This document shows, piece by piece, positions 47,030-59,613 of a DNA stretch of 64,000 nt (its first letter is position 1; each line of letters opens with the position of its first letter). Below the pieces are notes generated by a model. That model was not told the origin of the DNA. It did no database searches and worked only from the letters and a program-made list of their open reading frames with translations. Source of the stretch: Mustelus asterias (lineage: Eukaryota); assembly GCF_964213995.1 (NCBI RefSeq), contig NW_027590139.1, positions 124,001-188,000 on the forward strand. The letters run 5' to 3'. Made by a program: the position numbers and the translations under genes.

Positions 47030-47945
47030 GTTTCACAATATACATTAATGATTTGGAAGATGGAACTGAAGGCACTGTTGCTAAGTTTGCAGATGATACA
47101 AAGATATGTGGAAGGACAGGTAGTATTGAGGGAGCAGGGGGGCTGCAGAAGGACTTTGATGGGCTAGGAGAGTGGGCAAAGAAGTGGCAGATGGAATACA
47201 ATGTGGAAAAGTGTGAGATTATGCACTTGGGTAGGAGGAATGGAGGCATCGACTATTTCCTAAATGGGGAAATGCTTCAGAAATCAGAAGCACAAAGGGA
47301 CTTGGGAGTCATTGTTCAAGATTCTCTTAAGGCAGGTTTAGTTGGCAGTTAGGAAGGCAAATGCAATGTTAGCATTCATGTCAAGAGGGCTAGAATACAA
47401 CAGCAGCGATGTACTTCTGAGACTGTATAAGGCTCTGGTCAGACCCCATTGTATTGTGAGCAGTTTTGAGCCCCACATCTAAGGAAGGATATGCTGGTCT
47501 TGGAAAGGGCCTGGAGGAGGTTCACAAGAATGATTTCTGGAATGAAGAGCTTGTCGTATGAAGAATGGTTGAGGACTCTGGGTCTGTACTCATTGGAGTT
47601 TAGAAGGATGAGTGGGGATCTTATTGAAACTTAGTAGGAAAAACTTGAACTCGAGGGCACAACCTCAGGCTAAAGGGATGATCCTTTAAAACAGAGATGA
47701 GGAGGAATTTCTTCAGCCAGAGAGTGGTGAATCTGTGGAACTCTTTGCCGCAGAAGGCTGTGAAGGTCAGTTCATTGAGTGTCTGTAAGACAGAGATAGA
47801 TAGGTTCTTGATTAATAAGGGGATCAGGGGTTATGGGGAAAAGGCAGGAGAATGGGGATGAGAAAAATATCAGCCATGATTGAATCGCGGAGAAGACTCG
47901 ATGGGCCGAGTGGCCTAATTTTGCTCCTATGTCTTATGGTCTAAG
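47030..47945 (+). mobile_element. CR1 3' fragment
   Basis: FTIYINDL...KFADDTK (ORF 47011..47352) through to the tail. Confidence 0.92.
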
Positions 47946-50004
47946 CTCACAACTCCTTGATTAAAATAAGATACAAGATCCTTAATTCCCCTTCATTATA
48001 ACTTAAACTTTTTTTAGCCAACTTCCAAAGCCTGATTTTATAGGAAACATCTAGTCTTTGTTGATTTAAAATCCCAAACATGTTGCCAGCTGCAAAATCT
48101 TTGTTCTTTATCTGGGGTTGTGGTGACAACATGATAAAATCCTCACAGTTCTTCCAAATTCCTCCAGGCTCCACATAAAATTTCCACATTTAACTGGTTC
48201 CCTTAAATCCTCAATCAAAAACTAAAATAGACACATGAGTTTCCAGGTGATTTACAAACAAATGGACTGTCTGCTGAAAGGGTTAACTTTTCTACAGAAC
48301 CTAAAGGGGTCGGGAGTGAGCAGAAAAAACTTGGCCCACAATTACTTCACTTTACATATGATGGGGGCGAAGTATTGAGCTGAACCCAGTTAATACAAAG
48401 ATTTGCAAAAGACAGTATACTGGTTAAAGACATTCTTTATTGACCAACACGCGCTGGGAGAAAGGCAGCTGGGCAGTCCAACTCCTTTCTAAAGTTACAA
48501 TACATTGGCCGTGTAGTTATACTATTTTGAAAGTTCATTTCACCCGCCCACTCTGTCATCCTAACTGGATGCTCCAATCATGTTCGTGCACAATATTTAC
48601 CTTGGCCAATAACATCCTATCTTCTGGAAGAATGGGAATTCAGTGGTCTGTAGAATCTGAAAGTTCCTGCCCACTGTTACTTTGCAACTTTCACTTACGT
48701 AGGTCCATAGGGTTCAAAGGTTGCTTCCTAACTGACTCTCAGCAACTTCTATTACATAGCTTATAGGGTTCAAAAGTTCCTTTCCACTGTCTGCTGAGCC
48801 ATCCCTTATAACTCATACTGATAAAAACTGTGCTCTGTGGCTTCACTGTTCTGACAGAATGTGGCCTGTCTCACTCAGCTTTTATCCCATTATGCTTTAG
48901 GTCAGTCTGCAGTTTGGCCAAGGTATACATTTTAGTACAAAAAGTCCATATTTAAATCTGAAATACATGTTTAAATTCGATACCAGTGGTTATATGTGTC
49001 TCTATGCAGACAGTACCTTTGTATAATATAAATAAGGCACGTTGTGGTCCTTATTCTACATTAGTCTAAGTCAGTCCACCCTGTTTCAATAGCCTTTATT
49101 AGTTTTTAATCTCAAGGTATCCTGAACCCTTCTAACAAAATAACTTTAAAAAACTTAAAGTTTATAATTAGTCTCAAGTAAGCTTACATTAACACTGCAA
49201 TGAAGTTACTGTGAAAAATCCCCTCTCGAACAACAAAAGAAACTTGATTTTAAATTTCATCTATTAATTTTTTTGTTATATTCCTCAACCTATTTTAATT
49301 TGATCCGTTTTTTGTTAGGGATGGGTAATTTCTGTTCTTTATAAACTGGTTCACTCATTTTGTTAATTCTACATGGGCTCGGAGAATGAGAACCCAGACT
49401 CTATCATCCATATCCTTATTCTCCTTTTGCCACCACTTTCTCTCTGTTTTGCGGGAGGATCGTGGGGATTCCAATCAGACCAAATCATTTATTATAAAAG
49501 TAAAACAAAAACAGAAAATGCTGGAAAATCCCAGCAGATCTGACAGTATCTGTAGGGAGAGAATAGAGCCAACGTTTCAAGTCTGGATGACCCTTCATGA
49601 GAGCTCCTATGAAGTGTCATCCAGACTAAAAATGTTGGCTCTATTCTCAAATCATTTTATCGATAGGTTTCTTGTTCTTAGTTTCCAAAAGACAGGTAAG
49701 AAATCTGTCCGGTCCCTACTCGAGCTCTGAATTTTTCACTGGCCATGCTTGGGTAAGATTATAACGATTAGAATCCACTCTTAGAGGTCCACTTTTCAGT
49801 CCAGTGCTACTTGGAGTGTACCGTCACTTCACCGACTACCGGGTCACAAGTTCCTCACAGTTCTTATCACAAATCTATGATAAAATAATTTAAGCAATGC
49901 CTGAGAACGTTTCTTAATCTACTTACCACCGTTTGTTGATTGATCAGACCCCCTTTTTACAGATTCGGATATCTCAGCCGCGGAATATCAGCTGGTTATT
50001 CATA

Positions 50005-50320
50005 GATTCATAGAATCCTACAGTGCAGAATGAGGCCATTTGGCCCATCGAGACTGCACCGACTACAATCACGCCCAGGCCCTATCCCCCATGCATTTAC
50101 CCTAGCTAGTCCCCCTGAGACTAAGGAGCAATTTAGCATGGCCAATCCACCTAACCCGCACATCTTTGGACTTTGGGAGGAAACCGGGGCACCCGGAGGA
50201 AACTGGGACACGGGGAGAATGTGCAGACTCCACACAGACAGTGACCCAAGCCAGGAATCGAACCCGGGTCCCTGGCGCTGTGAGCCAGCAGTGCTAACCA
50301 CTGTACCACCGTGCCGCCCC
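50005..50320 (-). mobile_element. V-SINE
   Basis: Full-length head, V-domain and tail; absent from the paralogous position at about 37.25 kb. Confidence 0.9.
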
Positions 50321-51132
50321 AGTTTAATTCCCCAGTTTAATTCTAACTCATTCTGAGTAAATATTCTCACCAGGTCCTCTGTTGGGGCCCTGCTAAGCAG
50401 CTTTAATGGTCCGTGATTGCAGAAACTGAGCAGTCACAGGAATGTGGTCAAGATAGTCCAGTCCCATAATGCCTCACATTCAATCTGCAGTCCTTCAATT
50501 ATAACAGAATATGTGGCTGTCTGTAGCTGCCTCGGCCATGGTCAACCCCAACACTGCCTTCCTGAACTGCTACAATGCCTGAGGTGTAAGTACACCCACA
50601 GTGCTGTTAGGGAGGGATTTCCAGCTACACATTCCTGACAAGATTCTGATAGGTTTAGATAAAGTGGACAAAGAAAAGCTGTTCCCATTAGCTGATGGGA
50701 CAAGGACAAGAGGGCACAGATTTAAAGTTTTGAATCAGAGATACAGGGGGGGATGTAAGGAAGAATATTTTGATGCAGTGAATGGTAATGACCTGGAACT
50801 TGCTGCCTACGAGGGTAGAGGAAGTGGAGACAATAAACAATTACAAAGGAAATTGGATGGGCATTTGGGGAGGTTCCAAACAGAAATCCTTACCAATTAT
50901 CTCTGAACTTCCTAACACCCTGTCACTCTGTGATCCTTGTGAAATTTGAAACCATGTATTTGCAACAAGACTCAAAGAGCATCAGCCCACTGGAGGCAAA
51001 GTCGTGAGACCGGCCAGTCCAGCAGAAAGAAACCCTCCGACCCTCCCCATTGACCAACTGTGAGAATGAACAAAATGCAGTCCTGGATGTAATTGAGAGC
51101 AGAAACAATAACAGCGGAATCCAACCCTGGAA

Positions 51133-52311
51133 TCACTCATGAACTTGTTGGTGTCTCAGCAGCTGGGATGAAACTCTGAATCCCTTCGCACACTGAGAGC
51201 AGGTGAATGGTTTCTCCCCAGTGTGAACTCGCTGGTGCTTCCGCAGGTTGGATGAATGAGTGAATCCCTTCCCACACTGAGAGCAGGTGAATGGTCTCTC
51301 CCCAGTGTGAACTCGCTGGTGTGTCTGCAGGGTGGATAACTGACTGAATCCCTTCCCACACTGAGAGCAAGTGAATGGTCTCTCTCCAGTGTGAACCCGC
51401 TGGTGTTTCCGCAGGTTGGATAACTGACTGAATCCCTTCGCACACTGAGAGCAGGTGAATGGTCTCTCCCCAGTGTGAACTCGCTGGTGTATCTGCAGGC
51501 TGGATAAATTAGTGAATTCCTTCCCACACTGGGAGCAGGTGAATGGCCTATCCCCAGTGTGAACTCGCTGGTGTGTCTGCAGGCTGGACAACTGACTGAA
51601 TCCCTTCCCACACTGAGAGCAGGTGAACGGCTTCTCCCCAGTGTGAACTCGCTGGTGTGTCTGCAGGTGGGATAATTGAGTGAATCCCTTCCCACACTGA
51701 GAGCAAGTGAACGGCCTCTCCCCAGTGTGAACTCGCTGGTGTCTCCGCAGGTGGGATGTTTCATTGAATCCCTTGCCACACTGAGAGCAGGTAAACGGCC
51801 TCTCCCCAGTGTGAACTCGCTGGTGTCTCCTCATGCGGGAAGATTCACTGAATCCCTTCCCACACTGAGAGCAGGTGAACGGCCTCTCCCCAGTGTGAAC
51901 TCCCTGGTGTGCCCGCAGGTTGGATGAATCACTGAATCCCTTCCCACAGTGAGAGCAGGTGAACGGCCTCTCCCCAGTGTGAACTCGCTGGTGCTTCCAC
52001 AGGTTGGATGAATTAGTGAATCCCTTCCCACACTGTGAGCAGGTGAATGGTCTGTCCCCAGTGTGAACTCGCTGGTGTGTCCGCTGCTCGGATAACTGAC
52101 TGAATCCCTTCCCACACTGAGAGCAGGCGAACGGCCTCTCCCCAGTGTGAACTCGCTGGTGTGTCCGCAGGTGGGATATTTCACTGAATCCCTTGCCACA
52201 TTGAGAGCAGGTGAATGGCCTCTCTCCAGTGTGACTGCGCCAATGAACTTCCAGTTCTGATGGGTATCTGTATCTCTTCCCACAGTCCCCACATTTCCAT
52301 GGTTTCTCCAT
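51133..52311 (-). CDS. C2H2 zinc-finger protein ZNF-D (14 fingers)
   Basis: ATG-EKPWKC, 392 aa open; terminal exon acceptor at 52645; inverted paralog of ZNF-B. Confidence 0.93.
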   Translation of the reverse strand: MEKPWKCGDCGKRYRYPSELEVHWRSHTGERPFTCSQCGKGFSEISHLRTHQRVHTGERPFACSQCGKGFSQLSEQRTHQRVHTGDRPFTCSQCGKGFTNSSNLWKHQRVHTGERPFTCSHCGKGFSDSSNLRAHQGVHTGERPFTCSQCGKGFSESSRMRRHQRVHTGERPFTCSQCGKGFNETSHLRRHQRVHTGERPFTCSQCGKGFTQLSHLQTHQRVHTGEKPFTCSQCGKGFSQLSSLQTHQRVHTGDRPFTCSQCGKEFTNLSSLQIHQRVHTGERPFTCSQCAKGFSQLSNLRKHQRVHTGERPFTCSQCGKGFSQLSTLQTHQRVHTGERPFTCSQCGKGFTHSSNLRKHQRVHTGEKPFTCSQCAKGFRVSSQLLRHQQVHE

Positions 52312-53689
52312 GGTGCAGTGTCCTTGCCTCTCTCTTTGGTGGACAATCAGTTGAAGCCTCGTTAACACACACACAACACGAGTGCAGTCTCTCCCCACTG
52401 TTAATGGTGCGATCTGTATTCAGCTCTTTAGTCAATGCACTTGAACACTCTCATTTGATTGTGGCAGTGTGTTGGTCCTTTTCCAGTCAAACTGACATTT
52501 AAAATCCTTTCAAATCGACAGACCAGACAATCATTTGTCCTTCTGGATTCAAAAGCTGATGATATTCAGGTCCCAAGGAATATGACTCTGTCAGATCTAG
52601 ATGTGACGATTGAGATTTCTGCATGTGATTCCTCTTTCAATATCCTGTAAAACAAGTTTGCAAACGTCATCACTGTCAGTACAGGATAGAAATTCAGAAC
52701 AGACAGTTCTAGTTTCTATGGAACATTCTTTCCTCTCTCATTCCCCAAAAGCTCTAAATCTCCATCCCACACACTCTCCCTCCATTCTCACTCTGCTGTA
52801 TCTAATATTCACCCTCCCAATTCTCCTGAAGGTGCTGATTGAAGTTGATTGGCAGATCCATGCTCACTACTTCCTGTCCAGCACAGAAATAATAACAAAT
52901 TGGAACTGCGATTGGCCAATTGGTCTATCGAGCCTTTTAAACCAGTCCGTGAGATCATTGGCTCATCTACCTCAGCATCATTCTCCCATCACTAAACCCA
53001 TCTCCCTTGATTTCTTCAATATCTAGAAACCAATCGCTCTCTCTCTCTCTCTCTCCTGAAAATTCTTGATGACTGAGGCTCCACAGGCCGCCAGGGTAGA
53101 GAATTCCAAAGCTTCACCACATACTTGAATGAGGAAATCCCTCGTCATCTTAGCTTTCTCTCCATTTCCCCATATGTTCCCCATAAGCCTTGACAGTCTT
53201 GTCAGTCAAAAATCAGTCTAACTCATCCTGGAAGATATTTAATGATTCTTAGCCTGCAATGATCCCTGTGGAAAGGAAATTCAAGAATAACAATTGCCTG
53301 AGGAGATGACTGGAAATATATAACGTAGCTACGTTTCTATAGTACAAGACTATAAATAATAATAAATGTATATTATTTCAGAGTCATAAATAATATATCT
53401 AATCTATATCATATAACAACACTCGACATGTCTCTTTCCTATATTAATTTACTGTCCTCTTAAATGTCAGTAAGAAGTCTCACAACACCAGGTTAAAGTC
53501 CAACAGGTTTATTTGGCAGCAAAAGCCACACAAGCTTTCGGAGCGCTGCTCCTTCGTAATGTCAGCCATCTCCTGGGAAACAAACCCTTTAATTGTGAAC
53601 ATTAGGAAAGAGACCATCCTTTTAGCCAGACAAATAAATGTCTCAAGCTGAGGGAGCAAAGGATGTCAATGTCTTTAAGAGAGAGAGAC

Positions 53690-54340
53690 CTGGGCCAACC
53701 TGTCTAGAGTCTGCAGCCTCCCTGGATTCACTTCCTTTCCCTTCAGTTGCTGCAAGTCCCCAATTTCCCCCAGAATGAGAAAAGAAATGGAAAGGGGGAG
53801 AAGAGAAAGTGTTTTACTCACAGATGGTGCCGACAGGAGGAAGTTTCAGTCTGTCTGAAGCTCAATCTTTATTAACACAAAGTCCGCGCTCTGATTGGCT
53901 GGAAGACCAGCGTCGTTCCGGTCCTCCAACTCTTCCCATTGGCCATTACCTTAGCGTGACGGTCAGGGGGTGGGATCTCCGCCGCGCGGACACGGGAGCC
54001 CCGCCCCCACCCATTGTTCCCCCTCCCCCTACACCTCCTCGAGCCAAGGTTTCCAGGCAACCGGCTGATGGCTCCGGCCAGAGCGAGAAGCCGCTCGGTG
54101 ATCTCCCCGTCCCCCTTCCCCCCCCCGGCCCGGGATTGCGCATGTCCAAGGGAGAGGGGACGCTGCGCATGTGCGGTGAAGCCCATCCCCTTACCGGCAT
54201 GCTGACGTGTTGACCAATGGGAAGAGGGGAGGACCGGAAGAACTCTGGTCCTCCAGCCAATCACATGTCCTGCATTGTGTGAATACGGAAGTTGGCCGAT
54301 GAGCTTCAGACCAAAACCTCCTTCTCTGTGCAACATCTGG
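53690..54340. promoter_or_regulatory. Bidirectional CpG promoter between divergent ZNF-D and ZNF-E
   Basis: Inverted paired CCAAT/ETS modules (53850-53945 vs 54210-54320) flank a GC-rich core with NRF1-like motifs. Confidence 0.7.
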
Positions 54341-56725
54341 GAGGAAATCCAAAGGTGTTCTTTCATCATGTGAAGGGTAGGAGGTGACCAGGGAAAGAAT
54401 AGGGTCCATTAGGGAGCAATGTGGTAATTTGTATGAGGAGCTGGGAGACATTGGTGAGGTTTTAAATGAATACTTTGCATCTGTATTCACTATGGGGGAG
54501 GGTGATGTTGGTATAGAAAGCACAGTAAGAAGTCTCACAACACCAGGGTAAAGTCCAACAGGTTTATTTGGAATCATGAGCTTTTGGAGCGCTGCACCTT
54601 CATCAGGTGAGTCATATAGAAAGCAGAGAGAGGCTTCAACAACTTAACATTGAGAGGGAGGTATTAACAGTTTCAACGGGGCCTAAAATTGTATAAATCC
54701 CCAGCTCCAGATGAGATATATCCTAGGCTGCTGTGGGAGGCAAGGGAGGAGATTGCAGCGACTCTGACAATAATTTTCAAATCTTCTCTGGCCACAGGAG
54801 AGGTACAGTAAGGAGTCTAACACCAGGTTAAAGTCCTGCAGGTTTATTTGGTAGCAAACGCCACTAGCTTTTGGAGCGCTCCTCCTTCGTCGGGTGAGTG
54901 GGAGATCTCTGACTTTAACCTGGTGTTGTTAGACTCCTTACTGTGTTTACCCCAGTCCAATGCCGGCATCTCCACAACAGGAGAGGTGCCAGGGGAATGG
55001 AGGACAGCTGATATGGTACCATTAGTCAAGAAGGGAAGTCGGGGAAAAAACAGCAAACTACAGGCCAGTGAGTCCAACTTCAGCAAGAGGGAAAGTATTG
55101 CAAAAAATTCTGAGGGAGAGATTACTTTCCACTTGGGGAGTAAGGATTAATCAAGGATAGTCAGCATGATTTTGGCAAAGGAAGATCATGTCTTACAAAT
55201 TTGGTTGAACTTTTCGAGGAGGTGTGTAGATGAGGGGAGTGCAGTTGATGTAGTCTACATGAACTTCAGTAAGGCTTTTGACAAGGTCCCGCATGGGAGG
55301 CTGATGAAGAAGGTCCCATGGGATCCAGGGTAATTTGCTAAACTGGATCCAAAAGTGGCAGGAGTCAGAGGGGGATGGTCGAATGCTGTTTTTCTGATGA
55401 GCTGTCTGTGTCCAGTGGTGTTCCGCACGATTAGCGCTGGGTCCCTTGTTTTTAGTGTAAGTTAATGATCTGGATGTGAATGTAGGAGGTATGATCAGTA
55501 GGTTTACAGATGGGACAAAATTGGTGATGTGGTAAATATCAAAGAGCAAAGCCTTAGATTACAGGATGATATCGGCGGGGCAGCACTGCTGCATCACACA
55601 ACCAGAGACCTGTGTTTGATATCGACGAGGCGGCACGGTGGCACTGCTGCATCACACAACCAGAGACCTGGGTTTGATTCCCGGTTTGTGTCACTCTCTC
55701 TCTTTCTTCCCGTGTCTGCTTGGTTTCCTCTGGATTCTCCGGTTTCCTCCCACAATCCAAAAGACGTGCTTTAGGTTAGGTGCATTGGCCATGCTAAATT
55801 CTCCCTCAGTGTATCCGAACAAATTTTCACAGTGACTTCATTGCAGTGTTCATGTTAGCCTACTTGTGACACTAATAAATGAACTTTAAAACTTTAATTC
55901 GATGGGCAGAACAGTGGCAAAATGAATTCAGACCTGAAAAGTTTGAGGTAATGCATTTTGGGAAGACTAACAAGGTAATGTAATGCACAATAAATGGTCA
56001 GATCCGAGGAAGTACAGAAGTTCAGAGGGACCTTGGTGTGCATGTCATAGATCCCTGAAGACAGCAGGACAGGGACACAATGTGGTTCAGAAGGCACATG
56101 GGATACTTGCCTTTATTACCGAGGCATTGAATATAAGAGCAGGGATGTTATGATGGAGCTGTATAAAATGCTTGTGAGGCCACAGCTGGAGTACTGTGTG
56201 CAGTTCTGGTCGCCACACTATAAGAAGGATGTAATTGCACTGGAGAGGGTGCAGAGGAACCTCCCCAGGGTGTTGGCTGGGCTGGAGTGTTTCAGTTATC
56301 AAGAGAGACTGGATAAGCTGGCATTGTTTTTCTTGGAGCAGAGAAGGATGAAGGGGACCTCATTGAGGTGTATAAAATTCTGAGGGGCAAAGATAGGGGG
56401 ATAGGAAGGAACTTTTCTCTTCAGTCGAGGGGTCAATAACCAGGGGCCTGGATTAAAGCTCAGGGGCAGGAGGTTTACAGGAGATGTGAGGGAAAATGTT
56501 TTCACCCAGAGGGTGGTGGGAATCTGGAACTCACTGCCTGAAAGGGTGGTAGAGGTGGGAACCTTCACAACATTTAAGAAGAATTTAGATAAGCTCTTGA
56601 AATTCCATAGCATACAAGGTTACGCACCAAGTGTGGAAAGGGATGAGAATAGAATGGTGCTTGATGGCCGGCACAAACATGATGGGCCGAAGGGCCTCTT
56701 TCCATGCTGTAGAACTCTATGATCA
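54335..56725 (+). mobile_element. Degenerate CR1 with nested Penelope and SINE insertions
   Basis: CR1 ORF2 pieces; the Penelope insert at about 54806-54977 is flanked by acaggagaggt; SINE at 55570-55890. Confidence 0.85.
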
Positions 56726-56834
56726 CCCACGTTGGCAGCAAGTTCAATATCATCATCAGTCACAACCCCCTGTATCTTCACTCACTGAAACAATCCATTT
56801 AAAACATTTTTAGTTGAGGAATATAGTGATATTT

Positions 56835-57278
56835 CTGTTAGGCTGGCATTCTGCATGGAGGCCTTCACGACACACGACAGCGCAGAGTCGCTAAGCAGAG
56901 ACTGATAGCCAAGTTCCGCACACATGAGGACGGCCTCAACCGGGATCTTGGATTCATGTCACACTGTCTGTAACCCCACGACTTGCCTGGGCTTGCAAAA
57001 TCTCACTAACTGTCCTGGCTGGAGACAATACACATCTCTTCAACCTGTGCTTAACCCTCTCTCTGCTCACTTTGTCTGTACCTTTAAGACTTGATTACCT
57101 GTAAAGACTCACATTCCAAACATTATTTTGTAAATTGAGTTTGTGTCTTTATATGCCCTGTTTGTGAACTGAACACCCAGTCACCTGATGAAGGGGCAGC
57201 ACTCCGAAAGCTAGTGGCTTTTGCTACCAAATAAACCTGTTGGACTTTAACCTGGTGTTGTGAGACTTCTTACTGTGT
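56835..57278 (+). mobile_element. Penelope-like element 3' end
   Basis: Same family as 38.6-39.3 kb; hammerhead-like motif at 57182-57216. Confidence 0.75.
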
Positions 57279-57846
57279 CCAGGAAGGAAGCAGTGAGCAT
57301 GAATCTGTCAATCAGCCTCAATCAGCACCTTCAGGAGAATTGGGAGGGTGAATATTAGATACAGCAGAGTGAGAATGGAGGGAGAGTGTGTGGGATGGAG
57401 ATTTACAGCTTTTGGGGAATGAGAGAGGAAAGAATGTTCCATAGGAACTTGAATTGTCTGTTCTGAATTTCTATCCTGTACTGACACTGATGACTTTTTC
57501 AAACTCATTTACAGGTTATCAGAAGGTGAGGATTTACAGAATGAAATTTTGAAACAAACGTCACGTTAACATCTGACAGAGTCACTCAATTCATCGGGAC
57601 CTCAATATCATCGACCTTTGAATCTCGAAGGAGAAATGTTTCTCTGCTCTGCCTGCTTTAGAAGACTTTAAACATCAGTGTGACTGGAAAAGCACTGACA
57701 CACACACACCTGAGTGAGAGTGTTCCAGTGCACTGAGTGTGGAAAGAGCTTTAACCGGTGACATTCACAGCGCGGCGAGACTACCCGTGTTCTGTGTGAG
57801 ATTTAACTGACTGTTTAACCTGGAGAGTGACAAGGACAACCGCACC

Positions 57847-59613
57847 ATGGAGAAACGGTGGAAATGTGGGGACTGTGGGAAGAGATACAGAGCCCCCTGT
57901 GACCTGGAAATCCATCGACGCAGTCACACCGGGGAGAGGCCATTCACCTGCTCGGTGTGTGGGAAGGGATACATTCAGTTATCCCACCTGCTCAGACACA
58001 AAGTCACTCACAGCAATGAGAGACCCTTTAAATGCTCTGACTGTGGAAGCGACTTCAAACGTGCTGCAGATCTGAGAGACCACGAGCGCATTCACACTGA
58101 GGAGAGACCGTTCAGCTGCTCTCACTGCACAAAGACATTCAGAACATCATCCAACCTGCGGCAACACCAGCGAGTTCACACCGGGGAGAGACCATTCACC
58201 TGCTGTGTGTGTGGGAAGGGATTCAGTCAGTTATCCAGCCTGCTGAAACACAAAGTCACTCACTCCCAGGAGAGACCCTTTAAATGCTCTGACTGTGGGA
58301 GAGGCTTCAAAAGCTCTGGTGAACTGATGTCCCACAAACGTTTTCACACTGCAGAGGGACTGTTCACCTGCTCTGTGTGTGGGAAGGGATTCAATCGGTC
58401 ATCCCACCTGCAGACACACCAGCGAGTTCACACTGGGGAGAGACCATTCACCTGCTGTGTGTGTGGGAAGGGATTCACTCAGTCATCCCACTTACAGAAT
58501 CACAAAGTCACTCACAGCAATGAGAGATCCTTTAAATGCTCTGACTGTGGGAGCGGCTTCAAAAGTGCTGCGGATCTGAATATCCACCAGCGCATTCACA
58601 CCGAGGAGAGACCGTTCAGCTGCTCTCACTGCTCAAAGAGGTTCAAAATCTCATCCAATCTGCGGGTACACCAGCGAGTTCACACTGGGAAGAGGCCATT
58701 CACTTGCTGTGTGTGTGGGAAGGGATTCACTCAGTCATCTGGTCTGACAACACACAAAGTCACTCACAGCAATGAGAGACCTTTTAAATGCTCTGACTGT
58801 GGGCGTGGCTTCAAAAGTGCTGCGGATCTGATGATCCACCAGCGCATTCATACTGAGGAGAGACCCTTCAGCTGCTCTCGCTGCACAAAGAGATTTAAAA
58901 GTTCATCCAATCTGCGGAAACACCAGCGAGTTCACACTGGGGAGAAACCATTCCCCTGCTCTGTGTGTGGGAAAGGATTCACTCAGTTGTCCAGCCTGCT
59001 GAAGCACAAAAGCACTCACACCCAGGAGAGACCCTTTCAATGCACTGACTGTGGGACTGGTTTTGAAAGCTCTCATGAACTGTTGATTCACCAGCGAGTT
59101 CACACTGAGGAGAGACCGTTCACCTGCTCTCACTGCACAAAGAGATTTAAAAGGTTATCCACACTGCGGATACACCAGCGAGTTCACACCGGGGAGAAAC
59201 CATTCCCCTGCTGTGTGTGTGGAAAGGGATTCACTCAATTATCCAGTCTGCTGAAACACAAAGTCACTCACACCCAGGAGAGACCCTTTAAATGCTCTGA
59301 CTGTGGGAGAGGCTTCAAAAGCTCTGGTGAACTGATGTCCCACAAACGCTTTCACACTGCAGAGGGACTGTTCACCTGCTCTGTGTGTGGGAAGGGACTC
59401 AATCGGTCATCCCACCTGCAGACACACCAGCGAGTTCATACTGGGGAGAGACCATTCACCTGCTGTGTGAGTGTGAAAGGATTTACTCGGTTATCCAGAC
59501 TGCAGAGACAGAACGTCACTCACACTCTGCAGAGATCCTTTAAATTCTCCGAATGTGGGTGCAGCTTCAAAAGCTCTCGGGAACTGATGAGACGGAGTAC
59601 AGGAATGAGATAG
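57847..59613 (+). CDS. C2H2 zinc-finger protein ZNF-E (~20 fingers; C-terminus supplied by a Rex1 insertion)
   Basis: 588-aa ORF; acceptor at 57514. The last fingers are degenerate and the stop codon lies in LINE sequence. Confidence 0.88.
   Translation: MEKRWKCGDCGKRYRAPCDLEIHRRSHTGERPFTCSVCGKGYIQLSHLLRHKVTHSNERPFKCSDCGSDFKRAADLRDHERIHTEERPFSCSHCTKTFRTSSNLRQHQRVHTGERPFTCCVCGKGFSQLSSLLKHKVTHSQERPFKCSDCGRGFKSSGELMSHKRFHTAEGLFTCSVCGKGFNRSSHLQTHQRVHTGERPFTCCVCGKGFTQSSHLQNHKVTHSNERSFKCSDCGSGFKSAADLNIHQRIHTEERPFSCSHCSKRFKISSNLRVHQRVHTGKRPFTCCVCGKGFTQSSGLTTHKVTHSNERPFKCSDCGRGFKSAADLMIHQRIHTEERPFSCSRCTKRFKSSSNLRKHQRVHTGEKPFPCSVCGKGFTQLSSLLKHKSTHTQERPFQCTDCGTGFESSHELLIHQRVHTEERPFTCSHCTKRFKRLSTLRIHQRVHTGEKPFPCCVCGKGFTQLSSLLKHKVTHTQERPFKCSDCGRGFKSSGELMSHKRFHTAEGLFTCSVCGKGLNRSSHLQTHQRVHTGERPFTCCVSVKGFTRLSRLQRQNVTHTLQRSFKFSECGCSFKSSRELMRRSTGMR

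Larger units (their letters stand above)
43800..50553 (-). mobile_element. Possible degraded LTR retroelement (LTR 50553-49934 + internal region) with nested SINE/CR1 insertions
   Basis: LTR-like TGTTG..CAACA followed by aacggTGG; broken coiled-coil-like frame MESRASGAK...YKELRELVDKLQ at about 45770-45400. No pol motif recognised. Confidence 0.35.

Noticed and set aside
51137-52346. Repetitive alternative-frame ORFs (HTSEFTLGR...)
   Set aside because: Shadow frames of the zinc-finger repeat.
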